Positions 8,955-17,910 are shown, counted from the stretch's first letter. The stretch is DNA of 24,620 nt from Campylobacteraceae bacterium (GCA_027068975.1 JALXFN010000024.1:1-24620), one strand, 5' to 3'. Numbers and translations are program-made. The notes: generated by a model from the sequence alone, not told the origin.

Positions 8955-9563
8955 ATGCAAGGAGCCATTTTAGTCCTTTCTGGTCCTTCTGGGGCTGGAA
9001 AGAGTACCATTATCAATCATGCCTCTCCTAATATAGGTGAATATTATTTTTCTATCTCGACGACAACACGTCAGCCTAGAGAGGGTGAAGAGCATGGTGT
9101 AGATTACTACTTTGTAACTCATGAAGAGTTTGAAGAGGGCATTAAAGCTGGTGACTTTTTAGAGTACGCTACAGTTCATGGAAACTACTATGGAACCTCT
9201 TTAAAGCCTGTGAATGAGGCTCTTGCTCAAGGGAAATTGGTCATTTTCGATATTGATGTTCAAGGTCATCGTTTGGTTCGTGCTAAAATGGGCGACTATG
9301 TTACTTCTGCTTTTATTACTCCTCCTACATTAAAAGAGTTAGAGAAACGACTCTATGCAAGAGCCACCGATGACACTTCCATTATAGAACGTCGTATTGA
9401 AAATGCCAAAGAAGAGATTAACGCTATTGGTGAGTTTGATTTTGTTATTATAAACGATGTTATCGAAGAGGCATCATCACAATTTACAACCATTGCTAAT
9501 GCTGCTAGATTGAAACAAAATAGAGAAGAATTAGAAAAAATGGTACTTCATTGGAGAAATTAA
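8955..9563 (+). CDS. gmk: Guanylate kinase
   Basis: P-loop GPSGAGKST and the motif ISTTTRQPREGEEHGVDYYFV. Length 202 aa. Confidence 0.9.
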   Translation: MQGAILVLSGPSGAGKSTIINHASPNIGEYYFSISTTTRQPREGEEHGVDYYFVTHEEFEEGIKAGDFLEYATVHGNYYGTSLKPVNEALAQGKLVIFDIDVQGHRLVRAKMGDYVTSAFITPPTLKELEKRLYARATDDTSIIERRIENAKEEINAIGEFDFVIINDVIEEASSQFTTIANAARLKQNREELEKMVLHWRN

Positions 9564-9632
9564 CCTAAATTGTGTATAATCTTTTATCAAATTTCTATAT
9601 AATGAGAAATATTACATAACAGAAGGAAACAC

Positions 9633-9875
9633 ATGGGAATGCCAAGTATGCCAGAGTTACTTGTTATCTTAGCGATAGTAGTACTACTTTTTGGAGCAAA
9701 AAAAATACCAGATCTTGCTAAAGGTGTAGGTAAAGGAATTAAAGACTTTAAGAAAGCTGTTAAAGATGATGAGACAGTTGCCGATGCAAAAGAGAGTGTC
9801 AAAGAGATTAAAGACGAGGTTAAAGAGACTATTGTTGAAGCTAAAGATGCTACAACTACTGCTCCCAAAGCATAA
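9633..9875 (+). CDS. tatA: Twin-arginine translocase subunit TatA/E
   Basis: N-terminal TM helix [33 protein letters not shown] followed by an acidic/Lys-rich tail. AGGAAA RBS present. Extended -10 TGTGTATAAT at about 9571-9580. Confidence 0.85.
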   Translation: MGMPSMPELLVILAIVVLLFGAKKIPDLAKGVGKGIKDFKKAVKDDETVADAKESVKEIKDEVKETIVEAKDATTTAPKA

Positions 9876-9883
9876 TTATTTTT

Positions 9884-9906
9884 CGTTTCCATTTTTTATG
9901 GGAACG
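9884..9906 (+). terminator. Candidate intrinsic terminator hairpin after tatA
   Basis: 9-bp stem CGTTTCCAT / ATGGGAACG (one G-U pair) with loop TTTTT, followed by U-rich UAUAUAUU. Confidence 0.35.
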
Positions 9907-9928
9907 TATATATTAGAGTTCGATACTC

Positions 9929-10013
9929 CAAATAGAATATTTTAAAGAGAAAACACAAACGCTGAGCGTCCACTATCGTGGATGGGTGTGTTCTCTTTAA
10001 AATATTCTATTTG
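9929..10013. repeat. Long near-perfect inverted repeat (23-bp perfect stem, extendable to ~27 bp) in the tatA-argS intergenic region
   Basis: CAAATAGAATATTTTAAAGAGAA (9929-9951) is the exact reverse complement of 9991-10013. The ~29-nt loop contains its own small hairpin CCAC-TATC-GTGG. Confidence 0.7.
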
Positions 10014-10060
10014 AAGTATTGTATATACTGCTCTTTATTCTACAAATCTACGGAACACAT

Positions 10061-11761
10061 ATGAAAATCAAATCACAACTTAGTAATATTATAAGCGATG
10101 CATTAAAAAGTGCCAATATAGAATCAGATGATGTTGTAATATCAGATGCAACAAAGCCAGAGTTTGGTGACTACCAGTTTAATGGTGTGATGAAACTGGC
10201 AAAAGTTTTAAAACAAAATCCAAGAGAAATAGCAACCAATCTTGTAGAGCATATAGATACCACAGGTATGATTGCTAAAGTAGAAGTAGCAGGTCCGGGG
10301 TTTATAAATATTTGGCTAAGTGATGAATGGTTGGCAAAAGAGGCAACAGCCATCTTAAACGATGATAGAGTAGGGGTAGGATATGTTGAAAACCCTCAAA
10401 AAGTAGTTGTTGACTACTCTGGTCCAAACATGGCAAAGCAGATGCATGTTGGTCATTTGCGTTCAACCATTATTGGTGATACCTTAGCAACACTTTTAGA
10501 ATTTTTAGGTAATGATGTTATTCGTCAAAATCATATTGGTGATTGGGGTACACAGTTTGGTATGCTTATCGCTTACCTAGAAGAGCAAGGTGCTGATGGT
10601 GCTACTACTGAATTGAAAGATTTGGAACAGTTTTATAAAGATGCAAAAGTACGTTTTGATGAAAGCCCAGAGTTTGCAGACAAAGCACGTGAGTATGTGG
10701 TCAAGATACAAAGTGGAGATGAACACTGTTTAAACTTATGGCAAAGTTTTATTGATGCATCCTTAGGTCACTGTGAAGAGGTTTATGATAAATTGGGCGT
10801 AAATTTAACGCGTGATGATGTTAGAGCAGAGAGCTTTTATAACCCAAAATTGGCAGATGTTATTAAAACACTAAAAGAGAAAAACCTCTCAACGGTTTCA
10901 GATGGTGCAGAGTGTGTTTTCCTTGATGGTTCAGAAGTTCCTGTTATCGTCCAAAAGGGTGATGGTGGATACCTTTATGCCACAACAGACTTAGCCGCTT
11001 TAGAGTACAGAGCCAAAGAGCTAAAAGCAGACCGTATCTGTTATGTGGTCGATGCCCGTCAAGGACAACACTTTAAACAAGTTTTTACCATTGCTAAACA
11101 AGCAGGAATGGTAGGAGAGAATGTTGCCCTAGAACATATAGGTTTTGGAACCATGATGGACAAAGGTGGAAAGCCATTTAAAACCAGAGATGGTGGGGTG
11201 ATTAAGCTTATAGATTTGCTTGATGAAGCTGTAGTTAAAGCAAAAGAGTCCATAAAAGAGCGTGATGCACACTCTGAAGATGAGTTGGAAAATATTGCTA
11301 CAGTTGTAGGGATAGGGGCTGTTAAGTATGCTGACTTAAGCATTAGCCGTGAATCAAACTATATCTTCTCATGGGATAAGATGTTGAGTTTTGAAGGAAA
11401 TACTTCACTCTATATGCAGTATGCTTATGCACGAATCCAATCTATTTTGCGTAAATATGATGGTGAGATTCAGGGTGACATAATCATCGGTGATGAGACA
11501 GAACATCGTTTGGCTCATTTACTCTTAAAATTTGAAGACACTTTAAGTAAAGCAGCCACTGATGCAACACCTCATACCATCACCTCTTACCTCTACGATT
11601 TGGTAACTCAGTTTATGAAGTTCTATGAGTTAAACCCTATTTTAAAGGGTGGCATAGAGGAAGAGGTGAAAATGAGCCGACTACAGTTAGCAAAACTTAC
11701 AGCTTCTGTTATAAAAAAAGGTCTTGATATTTTAGGAATTAAAGTGATAGATAAGATATAA
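10061..11761 (+). CDS. argS: Arginine--tRNA ligase
   Basis: HIGH motif HVGHLRSTIIGD, the typical ArgS N-terminal Add-1 domain, and a KMSK-region analog. The ORF track starts at 10019, but the conserved N-terminus MKIKSQLSNIIS begins at 10061. Confidence 0.9.
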   Translation: MKIKSQLSNIISDALKSANIESDDVVISDATKPEFGDYQFNGVMKLAKVLKQNPREIATNLVEHIDTTGMIAKVEVAGPGFINIWLSDEWLAKEATAILNDDRVGVGYVENPQKVVVDYSGPNMAKQMHVGHLRSTIIGDTLATLLEFLGNDVIRQNHIGDWGTQFGMLIAYLEEQGADGATTELKDLEQFYKDAKVRFDESPEFADKAREYVVKIQSGDEHCLNLWQSFIDASLGHCEEVYDKLGVNLTRDDVRAESFYNPKLADVIKTLKEKNLSTVSDGAECVFLDGSEVPVIVQKGDGGYLYATTDLAALEYRAKELKADRICYVVDARQGQHFKQVFTIAKQAGMVGENVALEHIGFGTMMDKGGKPFKTRDGGVIKLIDLLDEAVVKAKESIKERDAHSEDELENIATVVGIGAVKYADLSISRESNYIFSWDKMLSFEGNTSLYMQYAYARIQSILRKYDGEIQGDIIIGDETEHRLAHLLLKFEDTLSKAATDATPHTITSYLYDLVTQFMKFYELNPILKGGIEEEVKMSRLQLAKLTASVIKKGLDILGIKVIDKI

Positions 11762-11766
11762 ATTTG

Positions 11767-11793
11767 GGTTAAGATATAGGATACATCTTAACC
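11767..11793. terminator. Bidirectional terminator hairpin between convergent argS and htpX
   Basis: 9-bp stem GGTTAAGAT / ATCTTAACC with 9-nt loop. Followed by TTTTAG on the plus strand. The htpX stop codon lies inside the 3' arm. Confidence 0.5.
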
Positions 11794-12624
11794 TTTTAGC
11801 ATTTCTAGTCTCTCAATTCTCTGTTCAGTACTAGGATGGGTACTAAAGAGCTGTTTCATAGAGAAATCTTTCCCTGTGAAGGGATTGATAATAAACATAT
11901 GAGCGGTCTGTGGCTCTGCCTCATGCATGACCATACCTCTGGCATAGTGGTCAAGTTTTTGTAAAGCACTCTGTAGCCACTCTGGATGACCTGTTATTCT
12001 TGCAGCACCTTCATCTGCCATAAACTCTCTGTTTCTGCTCACCGTCATCTGAATGATGGTCGCAGCCATTGGCATAATGAACATTAATGCCATCATTACA
12101 ATAGGGTTTGGTCTTTCATCATCACTACTACCACCAAAAAACATTCCAAAGTTTGCCAACATAGCAATGGCTCCTGAAATGGTTGCTGTAATGGTTCCTA
12201 CAAGCATATCATAATGTTTAATATGGCTCAACTCATGAGCAATGACAGCTTCAACCTCATCTTCTGTTAAGAGTTCTAATAGTCCTTCTGTCACAGCCAC
12301 TACAGCGTGTTCATAGTCACGCCCTGTTGCAAAAGCATTGGGTACTTGGTCAGGAATAATGTAGAGCTGAGGCATTGGTAGCTTAGCTTTTTTTGTCAAT
12401 CTATCCATAATTGCATACAATCCATGGGCTGAATTTCTATCTACAGGAATTGCATTGTAATGTTTCAAAACCTGCTCATGACTGTAAAAATAGGCATAAA
12501 AGTTCATTCCTATAGCAGCCAAAAAAGCAATTATCATTCCTGTTTGACCAGCAATTAACCCACCAAACCAAATAAAAAGGAGGGTTAATCCTGTCATAAG
12601 TACATACGTTTTAAATTGTTCCAT
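11788..12624 (-). CDS. htpX: Zinc metalloprotease HtpX (M48 family)
   Basis: HEXXH motif [11 protein letters not shown]-terminal TM helices and the M48 architecture. Length 278 aa. Confidence 0.85.
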   Translation of the reverse strand: MEQFKTYVLMTGLTLLFIWFGGLIAGQTGMIIAFLAAIGMNFYAYFYSHEQVLKHYNAIPVDRNSAHGLYAIMDRLTKKAKLPMPQLYIIPDQVPNAFATGRDYEHAVVAVTEGLLELLTEDEVEAVIAHELSHIKHYDMLVGTITATISGAIAMLANFGMFFGGSSDDERPNPIVMMALMFIMPMAATIIQMTVSRNREFMADEGAARITGHPEWLQSALQKLDHYARGMVMHEAEPQTAHMFIINPFTGKDFSMKQLFSTHPSTEQRIERLEMLKG

Positions 12625-12652
12625 TGATTAATCTCCTTTTAATGGTTCTATT

Positions 12653-13162
12653 TTATTTCTTTTTAGGTATTGTAATGGTTAATACCCCATTTTTATATTC
12701 ACTTTTATACTTTACTGCATCAGCATCTTTAGGTAGTGTCATACCTCGTTGAACCATACCAACATGTCTCTCTTGGTGTATGATTTTATCACCCTCTTTT
12801 TGCTCTTTTTGGGTTTCACTCTTAGCTTGGACACTTAGGTAGTTATCTTTAACATCGATTTTGATGCTCTTTTCATCCATACCTGCTAAATCCATTTTTA
12901 ACTCATAGTTGTCCCCTTTGTCTACCAGATCGGTATTGGGTTTAAATGAGAAGCCTTTAGAAAAGTTTGGCTCAATTGCTACACCTTTAAAAGCTTTGTT
13001 CCTAAACTCTGCAAAAGCTCGGTCCATCTCCTCTTGCATCTTTTGAAAGTGTTGAAATATTGGGTCATTGGCAAAAGGATTTTTGGTTAAATTTGTATCT
13101 GCTTGTATAGCTACCATTGGCAAAGTAGCCAAAAGTAGGGTTTTTAAGATTCTATTTTTCAA
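12653..13162 (-). CDS. Hsp20/alpha-crystallin family protein with a Sec signal peptide (predicted periplasmic small heat-shock protein). TTG start.
   Basis: N-terminal MKNRILKTLLLATLPMVAIQA-DT has the n/h/c regions and an AxA cleavage site of a signal peptide. The ACD core is KGDNYELKMDLAGMDEKSIKIDVKDNYLSVQAKSE...GVLTITIPKK. It starts at TTG with GGAG 7 nt upstream, 11 nt after the stop of the preceding Hsp20. Confidence 0.65.
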   Translation of the reverse strand: MKNRILKTLLLATLPMVAIQADTNLTKNPFANDPIFQHFQKMQEEMDRAFAEFRNKAFKGVAIEPNFSKGFSFKPNTDLVDKGDNYELKMDLAGMDEKSIKIDVKDNYLSVQAKSETQKEQKEGDKIIHQERHVGMVQRGMTLPKDADAVKYKSEYKNGVLTITIPKKK

Positions 13163-13173
13163 AGTTATTCTCC

Positions 13174-13617
13174 TTATTTAATGGAAATGTTACGTGCCTT
13201 TCTTGACTCTTCTTTTTCTAGTGAAATGTAGAGTCTACCATCTTCATAGTTGGCTGAGATTTTCTCTCTGTCCACATCTTTTGGTAAGACAAAACTTCGA
13301 GAGATAAGTCCATAACTACTTTCACAAAGATAGTAATCTTCCTCTTTCACTTCCTCTTTCGTTCTGCGTATTGCATTGACAGTCAGATAGTCATCTTCGA
13401 TTTTTAATTCTATCTCATCTTTATTAACGCCTGGTAAATCAATTTCAATGTCATAGGTATCAGAGCTATGTTTTGCAAAGTTTGCCAAAGGAAGATGTCT
13501 TGCTACATTTCCTAATGCCTCTTTAGTAACCTCTAAACCTTTTTCAACCTTCTCTTCAACAGCATTTACCAACTCTTTTCCATTTTCAATAATTTTATCT
13601 TTTGTTATACTCATCAT
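13174..13617 (-). CDS. Small heat-shock protein, Hsp20 family (cytoplasmic)
   Basis: ACD motifs YDIEIDLPGVNKDEIELKIEDDYLTVNA ... GRLYISLEKE. A strong RBS AAGGAG lies 5 nt before the ATGATG at 13617. The track ORF's 13641 start is probably too long. Confidence 0.8.
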   Translation of the reverse strand: MMSITKDKIIENGKELVNAVEEKVEKGLEVTKEALGNVARHLPLANFAKHSSDTYDIEIDLPGVNKDEIELKIEDDYLTVNAIRRTKEEVKEEDYYLCESSYGLISRSFVLPKDVDREKISANYEDGRLYISLEKEESRKARNISIK

Positions 13618-13627
13618 TGACTCCTTA

Positions 13628-14065
13628 TTACTTAATCTCAATTTTTTTGCTTGAAGTATCTATTTTTAGTTTTGGAATGGTAATCTCTAAAATTCCATTA
13701 ATAAATTCAGCCTCAATATTTGAAGTGTCTACTCTCTCTGGAAGTGTGAAACTTCTTGAAAAGAGACCATAACGACTCTCTACCTTATGGTAGTCTTCAT
13801 CTTTTACCTCTTCTCTCACATTTCTTTCCCCTGAAATGGTCAAGACATTTCCATCGACCTTAATGTCAACATTCTCTTTTTTAACACCAGGAAGCTCAAC
13901 TTCAATATGGTAATTGTCTTCTGTCTCACGGGTATTTACCTTTGGACGAAAATCAACTACTTCTTGTTCTGACGCTGCTTGTTCACCAATGGTGTTTATA
14001 ATTGTATTTACAAGGTCAAAACTCTTTCTAATGTCATTAAATGGGGTGTATTGTTTTACTATCAT
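13628..14065 (-). CDS. Small heat-shock protein, Hsp20 family (cytoplasmic)
   Basis: ACD motifs YHIEVELPGVKKENVDIKVDGNVLTISGER ... GILEITIPK. AAGGA RBS 7 nt upstream of the ATG. Confidence 0.8.
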   Translation of the reverse strand: MIVKQYTPFNDIRKSFDLVNTIINTIGEQAASEQEVVDFRPKVNTRETEDNYHIEVELPGVKKENVDIKVDGNVLTISGERNVREEVKDEDYHKVESRYGLFSRSFTLPERVDTSNIEAEFINGILEITIPKLKIDTSSKKIEIK

Positions 14066-14175
14066 GTTTTAATCCTTTTTGTTGTTTGTTATATTTGTTA
14101 GCACTATGGGCTAAACATGAGAGAATTATAATATAAGGAGGAGAAAAAAAATGCCACTTTAGTAGCACTTTTAAA

Positions 14176-14751
14176 TTATTGAGAGTTTTTAATGATTTGC
14201 TGACTTATTTCATGACTACTTAATGAGCTTTTCATATCAAGTTCACCAATTAAATCTGCTCTAATATAGATTGTAAGTTTTGCTAATGCTTGAGAGAGGC
14301 TATCTGCATCATCCATACTTATTTCTCGGTCACTCGTTATTTTAGTATGAAAAACATTTAAGAAGTTATGGTACTCTTTTAAAACCTCAGGCGAAGCAAA
14401 AATTGCTAAACGATGAGTATGAAATGTTAATTGTGTAAGCTGCTTATCTGTAAGATTTTTTTCCATAATAATTTTTTCAATAGTATTTATAAGTTCTTGA
14501 TAAGTGTTTGTTTTTAACTCAAGAAACTTAACATTTTGTTCTTTTTCAAGTTCAACAGAAGTTTGCTTGTTTAGTAATAAGGCTGTAATAAGTATAGTTG
14601 CTACTGTACCTAAGACAATTAAAATAATCTCCTGTGTAAAAGGCGTTGAATCGCTAAGGTTATAGGCTAACCGAAGAAAAAAATAGCCTCCAATAAATAC
14701 TATTCCATTTAAAACTATTAATACAATGTTGTTGTTAAACCAATTTTTCAT
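14176..14751 (-). CDS. Membrane protein with 2 TM helices and a ~120-aa helical cytoplasmic C-terminal domain, function unknown
   Basis: TM helices at IVLIVLNGIVFIGGYFF and IILIVLGTVATILITALLL. It sits between the Crp-family regulator and the Hsp20 cluster on the same strand. Confidence 0.45.
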   Translation of the reverse strand: MKNWFNNNIVLIVLNGIVFIGGYFFLRLAYNLSDSTPFTQEIILIVLGTVATILITALLLNKQTSVELEKEQNVKFLELKTNTYQELINTIEKIIMEKNLTDKQLTQLTFHTHRLAIFASPEVLKEYHNFLNVFHTKITSDREISMDDADSLSQALAKLTIYIRADLIGELDMKSSLSSHEISQQIIKNSQ

Positions 14752-14823
14752 AATTACTCTTTTTTATTTTTTTGAACGCTAATTCTAACACAATTTCTAC
14801 CTTAGTAAGTTTAGTTTATAACA

Positions 14824-15549
14824 CTAATTTAAAAGCAGTTGTTCTGTATTTTCAAGTAACTTTTTAACATCTTTTACATAGATGTTTTTACGCTGGTTTT
14901 CAATCACATTTTCAGCCTCTAACTCTTTTAAGTGTCGCTCAACCACATTACGAACCGTTCCTAGAAGTTTAGCTATTTCTGTTTTTGAGAGGTTTTGAAG
15001 CAGTTGGTAGTAGTGTGCATCATTAGGGTTGATATTTTGAAGTAAGAGCTTGGAGAGACGCTCAGAGGTAGAATAAAGAGACAAATCAGAAGCCAACTCT
15101 TCTGTATGACGCATTTGAGAGGCGATGTAAGGGAAAAAGTGCTGATTAAACTTCTCATTGGTTTTTAGCCATTCACGCACTTTGGCAATGGGCAGTTCTA
15201 ATACTTCTGAACTTTCTAAAACTTCATAAAGAACATCATGAGGTTTTCCATCAAGCAAGATGAGCGTATCAAACATATCCCCAGCACGATAGACAAAGAG
15301 TGTCTGCTCTTTAGCATTTTCAAAATTTATTTGAAAACTTTTAATTTTCCCCTTAAGTACTATGTAGAAATATTTTGAAAGCTCTCCATTCAGAAAAGGG
15401 GTCTCTTTTTTCTTAAAAGAGACTATTTTACCATATTGTAAAAACTGCTCTTCAAAACTTTGCTCTAAATCTTTAAAAATTTCTATTCCATAGTGTTGCA
15501 TTTTATCTCTTTTGTTCTTTTTGTTTTTAAATTTGTATATTATATCCAT
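14824..15549 (-). CDS. Crp/Fnr-family transcriptional regulator
   Basis: N-terminal cNMP-binding-like beta-roll region, and a C-terminal Crp-type HTH (SKTEIAKLLGTVRNVVERHLKELEAENVI). Confidence 0.7.
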   Translation of the reverse strand: MDIIYKFKNKKNKRDKMQHYGIEIFKDLEQSFEEQFLQYGKIVSFKKKETPFLNGELSKYFYIVLKGKIKSFQINFENAKEQTLFVYRAGDMFDTLILLDGKPHDVLYEVLESSEVLELPIAKVREWLKTNEKFNQHFFPYIASQMRHTEELASDLSLYSTSERLSKLLLQNINPNDAHYYQLLQNLSKTEIAKLLGTVRNVVERHLKELEAENVIENQRKNIYVKDVKKLLENTEQLLLN

Positions 15550-15624
15550 TTAAAACTATTTAAGTCGTAAATTATATAGACTACTTAATCCAATAAAACT
15601 TCGTAATTTTTTAATAAACTTCTA

Positions 15625-16653
15625 CTATATAAATTCTATTTTTTTTATGACAAACCGACACCCACCCTCATAAGAATCATCTAAAAATAATTCATAACTA
15701 TTGTTTTCAGCCAAATTACGAGCAATGGAAAGTCCCAAACCAAAACCAGACTTCTCTCGGTTACGACTCTCATCTAAAGCAACAAAAGGTTCAAAAATAC
15801 GCTCTCTATCTTTTTTTACTATGCCTATGCCTGTATCTTGCACACTAATAGAGTTTTTATCTGCTATCAACGTAATTGTTCCATTTTTAGTGTACTTGGT
15901 TGCATTATGCAAAAGGTTTACCAAAATCTTTTTAAGTGCCATACGATTAAACTCTATCTGCAAAGTATCAGAGATAAGACACTTTAACTCAACAGGTTTT
16001 TCAACGCGAATCAAAGGACAAACATCAGCATGTATAAACGCTTTTAACAAAAATGTCTCTTTGCTCTCTACAAGCTCTTGAGACTCAATATAGCCAATAA
16101 CATCAGATGAGAGTTCATTGATGTAGGCTGTCTCTTTTTTTAATATACCAATGGCTCTTGGCATATCTTCTTCGCCTATCATGTTGTCTTCAAACTCTTC
16201 AAGATAACCATCAATAATGGTCAAGGGTGTTTTAATGTCATGAGAGAGTGAAAGTATGAGATTGTTTAAATTTTTATTTCTATTTTTTAACTCCAAAATT
16301 GAGTGTTCTAAACGCGTAGAGAGTTGCTTGATAGATGTATGGATATGGTTAATATCGACTATTTTGTCCGTATAATTCTCTTCTAAAAAACGATTTTCAC
16401 TAATGGCATCTAAACGCTGATTAATCGCCTCAAACTTCTTAGAAAAGTAGTTCCCCATAAAGTAACTAAAAAGTCCAATAAGGGGTAAGGTCACTAAAAT
16501 AGTTAGCCCTATCTCTGAGAGCATGGTCATACCAATAGGCACATCTATGATGAGGTAGGTCATAATGGCTGTAAACAGGGCAATCAAAAACCCAGCCAAA
16601 CCATACATAAGTATCAAAAAGTTTTTAATCTTCATAAAGTGTATACCCCACAT
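15625..16653 (-). CDS. Sensor histidine kinase (HisKA + HATPase_c) with two TM helices and essentially no periplasmic loop
   Basis: H-box LSHDIKTPLTII, N-box LLHNATKYT and G-box QDTGIGI. The two N-terminal TMs are separated by only ~10 residues. The start may be M7 or M16. It overlaps the upstream RR gene end by 11-29 nt. Confidence 0.8.
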   Translation of the reverse strand: MWGIHFMKIKNFLILMYGLAGFLIALFTAIMTYLIIDVPIGMTMLSEIGLTILVTLPLIGLFSYFMGNYFSKKFEAINQRLDAISENRFLEENYTDKIVDINHIHTSIKQLSTRLEHSILELKNRNKNLNNLILSLSHDIKTPLTIIDGYLEEFEDNMIGEEDMPRAIGILKKETAYINELSSDVIGYIESQELVESKETFLLKAFIHADVCPLIRVEKPVELKCLISDTLQIEFNRMALKKILVNLLHNATKYTKNGTITLIADKNSISVQDTGIGIVKKDRERIFEPFVALDESRNREKSGFGLGLSIARNLAENNSYELFLDDSYEGGCRFVIKKIEFI

Positions 16654-17308
16654 TTCTTACCGTTTTAATTATCTCTTCATCACTATAAAGAGCAATTTTT
16701 TTACGCAGTTGATAGATATGTGTACCTATCCCTTTTTTATCGATGTTTCCAATGTCATTATTGTACAATATCTGCGACAACTCCTCTTTAGAAAAGACCT
16801 TTTTAGGAGTAGAGTAAAGTGTCTCTAAAATAGTATATTCACTAACCGTTAAAGTTAAAGGGTGATTTTGAACATAAAAACGTTTTAACGCTTCATGATG
16901 CTCTAACATGGCAAAAGTAACATCTTCTACTTGTGTTAACTCAGAGCGTCTTTTTAGTAAAGAGCTTATCTTCAAAGCCACCATCTTAGGAGAAAAAGGT
17001 TTAGCAATATAGTCATCAGCCCCAAGAGCGTAAGCTTTCTCTCTTTTTTCGTCAATATCCAATGCAGAGACAATAATAATGAGTGAATCTTTATGCCGTT
17101 TACGTACCTCATCACAAAGGCTTAAGCCATCAACTGAGGGCAACATAATGTCCAAAGTAAGTAAATCAAAACGTTCATTTTGAATCAACTTTAATGCCTC
17201 ACCTCCATTGTACGCCACACTTACATCATAAATCTCAGGCTCTAACCGATTTTGGATAAGCTTGACAATCTCAGGTTCATCTTCGACGATTAGTATTTTG
17301 TATTTCAT
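16625..17308 (-). CDS. OmpR/PhoB-family response regulator
   Basis: Receiver domain ILIVEDEPEI...DLLTLDIMLP...KP plus a C-terminal winged-helix domain (GYTLY). Confidence 0.85.
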   Translation of the reverse strand: MKYKILIVEDEPEIVKLIQNRLEPEIYDVSVAYNGGEALKLIQNERFDLLTLDIMLPSVDGLSLCDEVRKRHKDSLIIIVSALDIDEKREKAYALGADDYIAKPFSPKMVALKISSLLKRRSELTQVEDVTFAMLEHHEALKRFYVQNHPLTLTVSEYTILETLYSTPKKVFSKEELSQILYNNDIGNIDKKGIGTHIYQLRKKIALYSDEEIIKTVRNVGYTLYED

Positions 17309-17845
17309 CTATTCAAAACTGTTTTGTAATTTGGTAAACAAAAAGTCATTCTCTTTTGCCACAGAGTGACAAGCAATACAACCTTTAGTTCCTTTGTTCC
17401 ATGCTTCAAACTTACCATCTTTTTTAATAAACCTAGCATAACCCCAGTTGTCTCCATTGGCATCAAAGTTCTTTGAATCTTTCACCATATACTCCACTCT
17501 CTGAATTTTATCTGCTTCTAAAGCCTTAGGGAAAAGTTCCATCTTCTTAACCGACCAACCAATCTTAACGATTTTAGACCCCTCAGGCATCACTTTTAGT
17601 TTATCTTTCAAAGCATTATACCCAATAGGATTGGCTAAAATATAGCGTAGTTCATTTTTATCGGTTCTAAAATGGGTTGCGACTATTTTGTAGTCTGGGT
17701 AGCCCTCTATCATCTGAAAAGTTAAGTTGTTGTCAGGCATTTTTAACTTAGGTAACTTTGTGTTATGTGTTAAGTAGATGTCACTTGCGTAGGCTACTCC
17801 CACGATGAGAGTGGACAGTAGTGTGATTTTTGTTAGATTGTTCAT
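17309..17845 (-). CDS. Periplasmic monoheme c-type cytochrome, possibly cytochrome P460 / c'-beta-like, first gene of the operon with the RR and HK
   Basis: Signal peptide MNNLTKITLLSTLIVGVAYA-SD and a single CxxCH (CIACHS) near the C-terminus. Its stop abuts the RR start with no gap. Confidence 0.5.
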   Translation of the reverse strand: MNNLTKITLLSTLIVGVAYASDIYLTHNTKLPKLKMPDNNLTFQMIEGYPDYKIVATHFRTDKNELRYILANPIGYNALKDKLKVMPEGSKIVKIGWSVKKMELFPKALEADKIQRVEYMVKDSKNFDANGDNWGYARFIKKDGKFEAWNKGTKGCIACHSVAKENDFLFTKLQNSFE

Positions 17846-17883
17846 AATATGCTCCGTTTATATTTAATAAACAGAGTATATGA

Positions 17884-17910
17884 AGAGTTTATCAAGATTG
17901 TGTGAAGATT
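17884..17910 (-). promoter_or_regulatory. Candidate response-regulator binding site: three direct repeats AAGA(T/G)T spaced 10-11 bp, upstream of the cytochrome-RR-HK operon
   Basis: The plus strand reads AAGAGT (17884), AAGATT (17894) and AAGATT (17905), one helical turn apart, 40-60 nt upstream of the cytochrome start codon. Confidence 0.3.

Noticed and set aside
10019-10060. N-terminal extension MYILLFILQIYGTH on ArgS from the six-frame track
   Set aside because: The hydrophobic extension is not typical of ArgS. The conserved N-terminus begins at M15 (10061). The upstream ATG lies within the end of the long inverted-repeat region.
14066-14175. Canonical CIRCE (HrcA) operator or a sigma-54 -24/-12 promoter upstream of the Hsp20 cluster
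   Set aside because: Only the half-site core AGTGCTAA is present, twice. No 9-N9-9 inverted repeat. TGGCAT is present, but the -12 GC element is missing at the right spacing.
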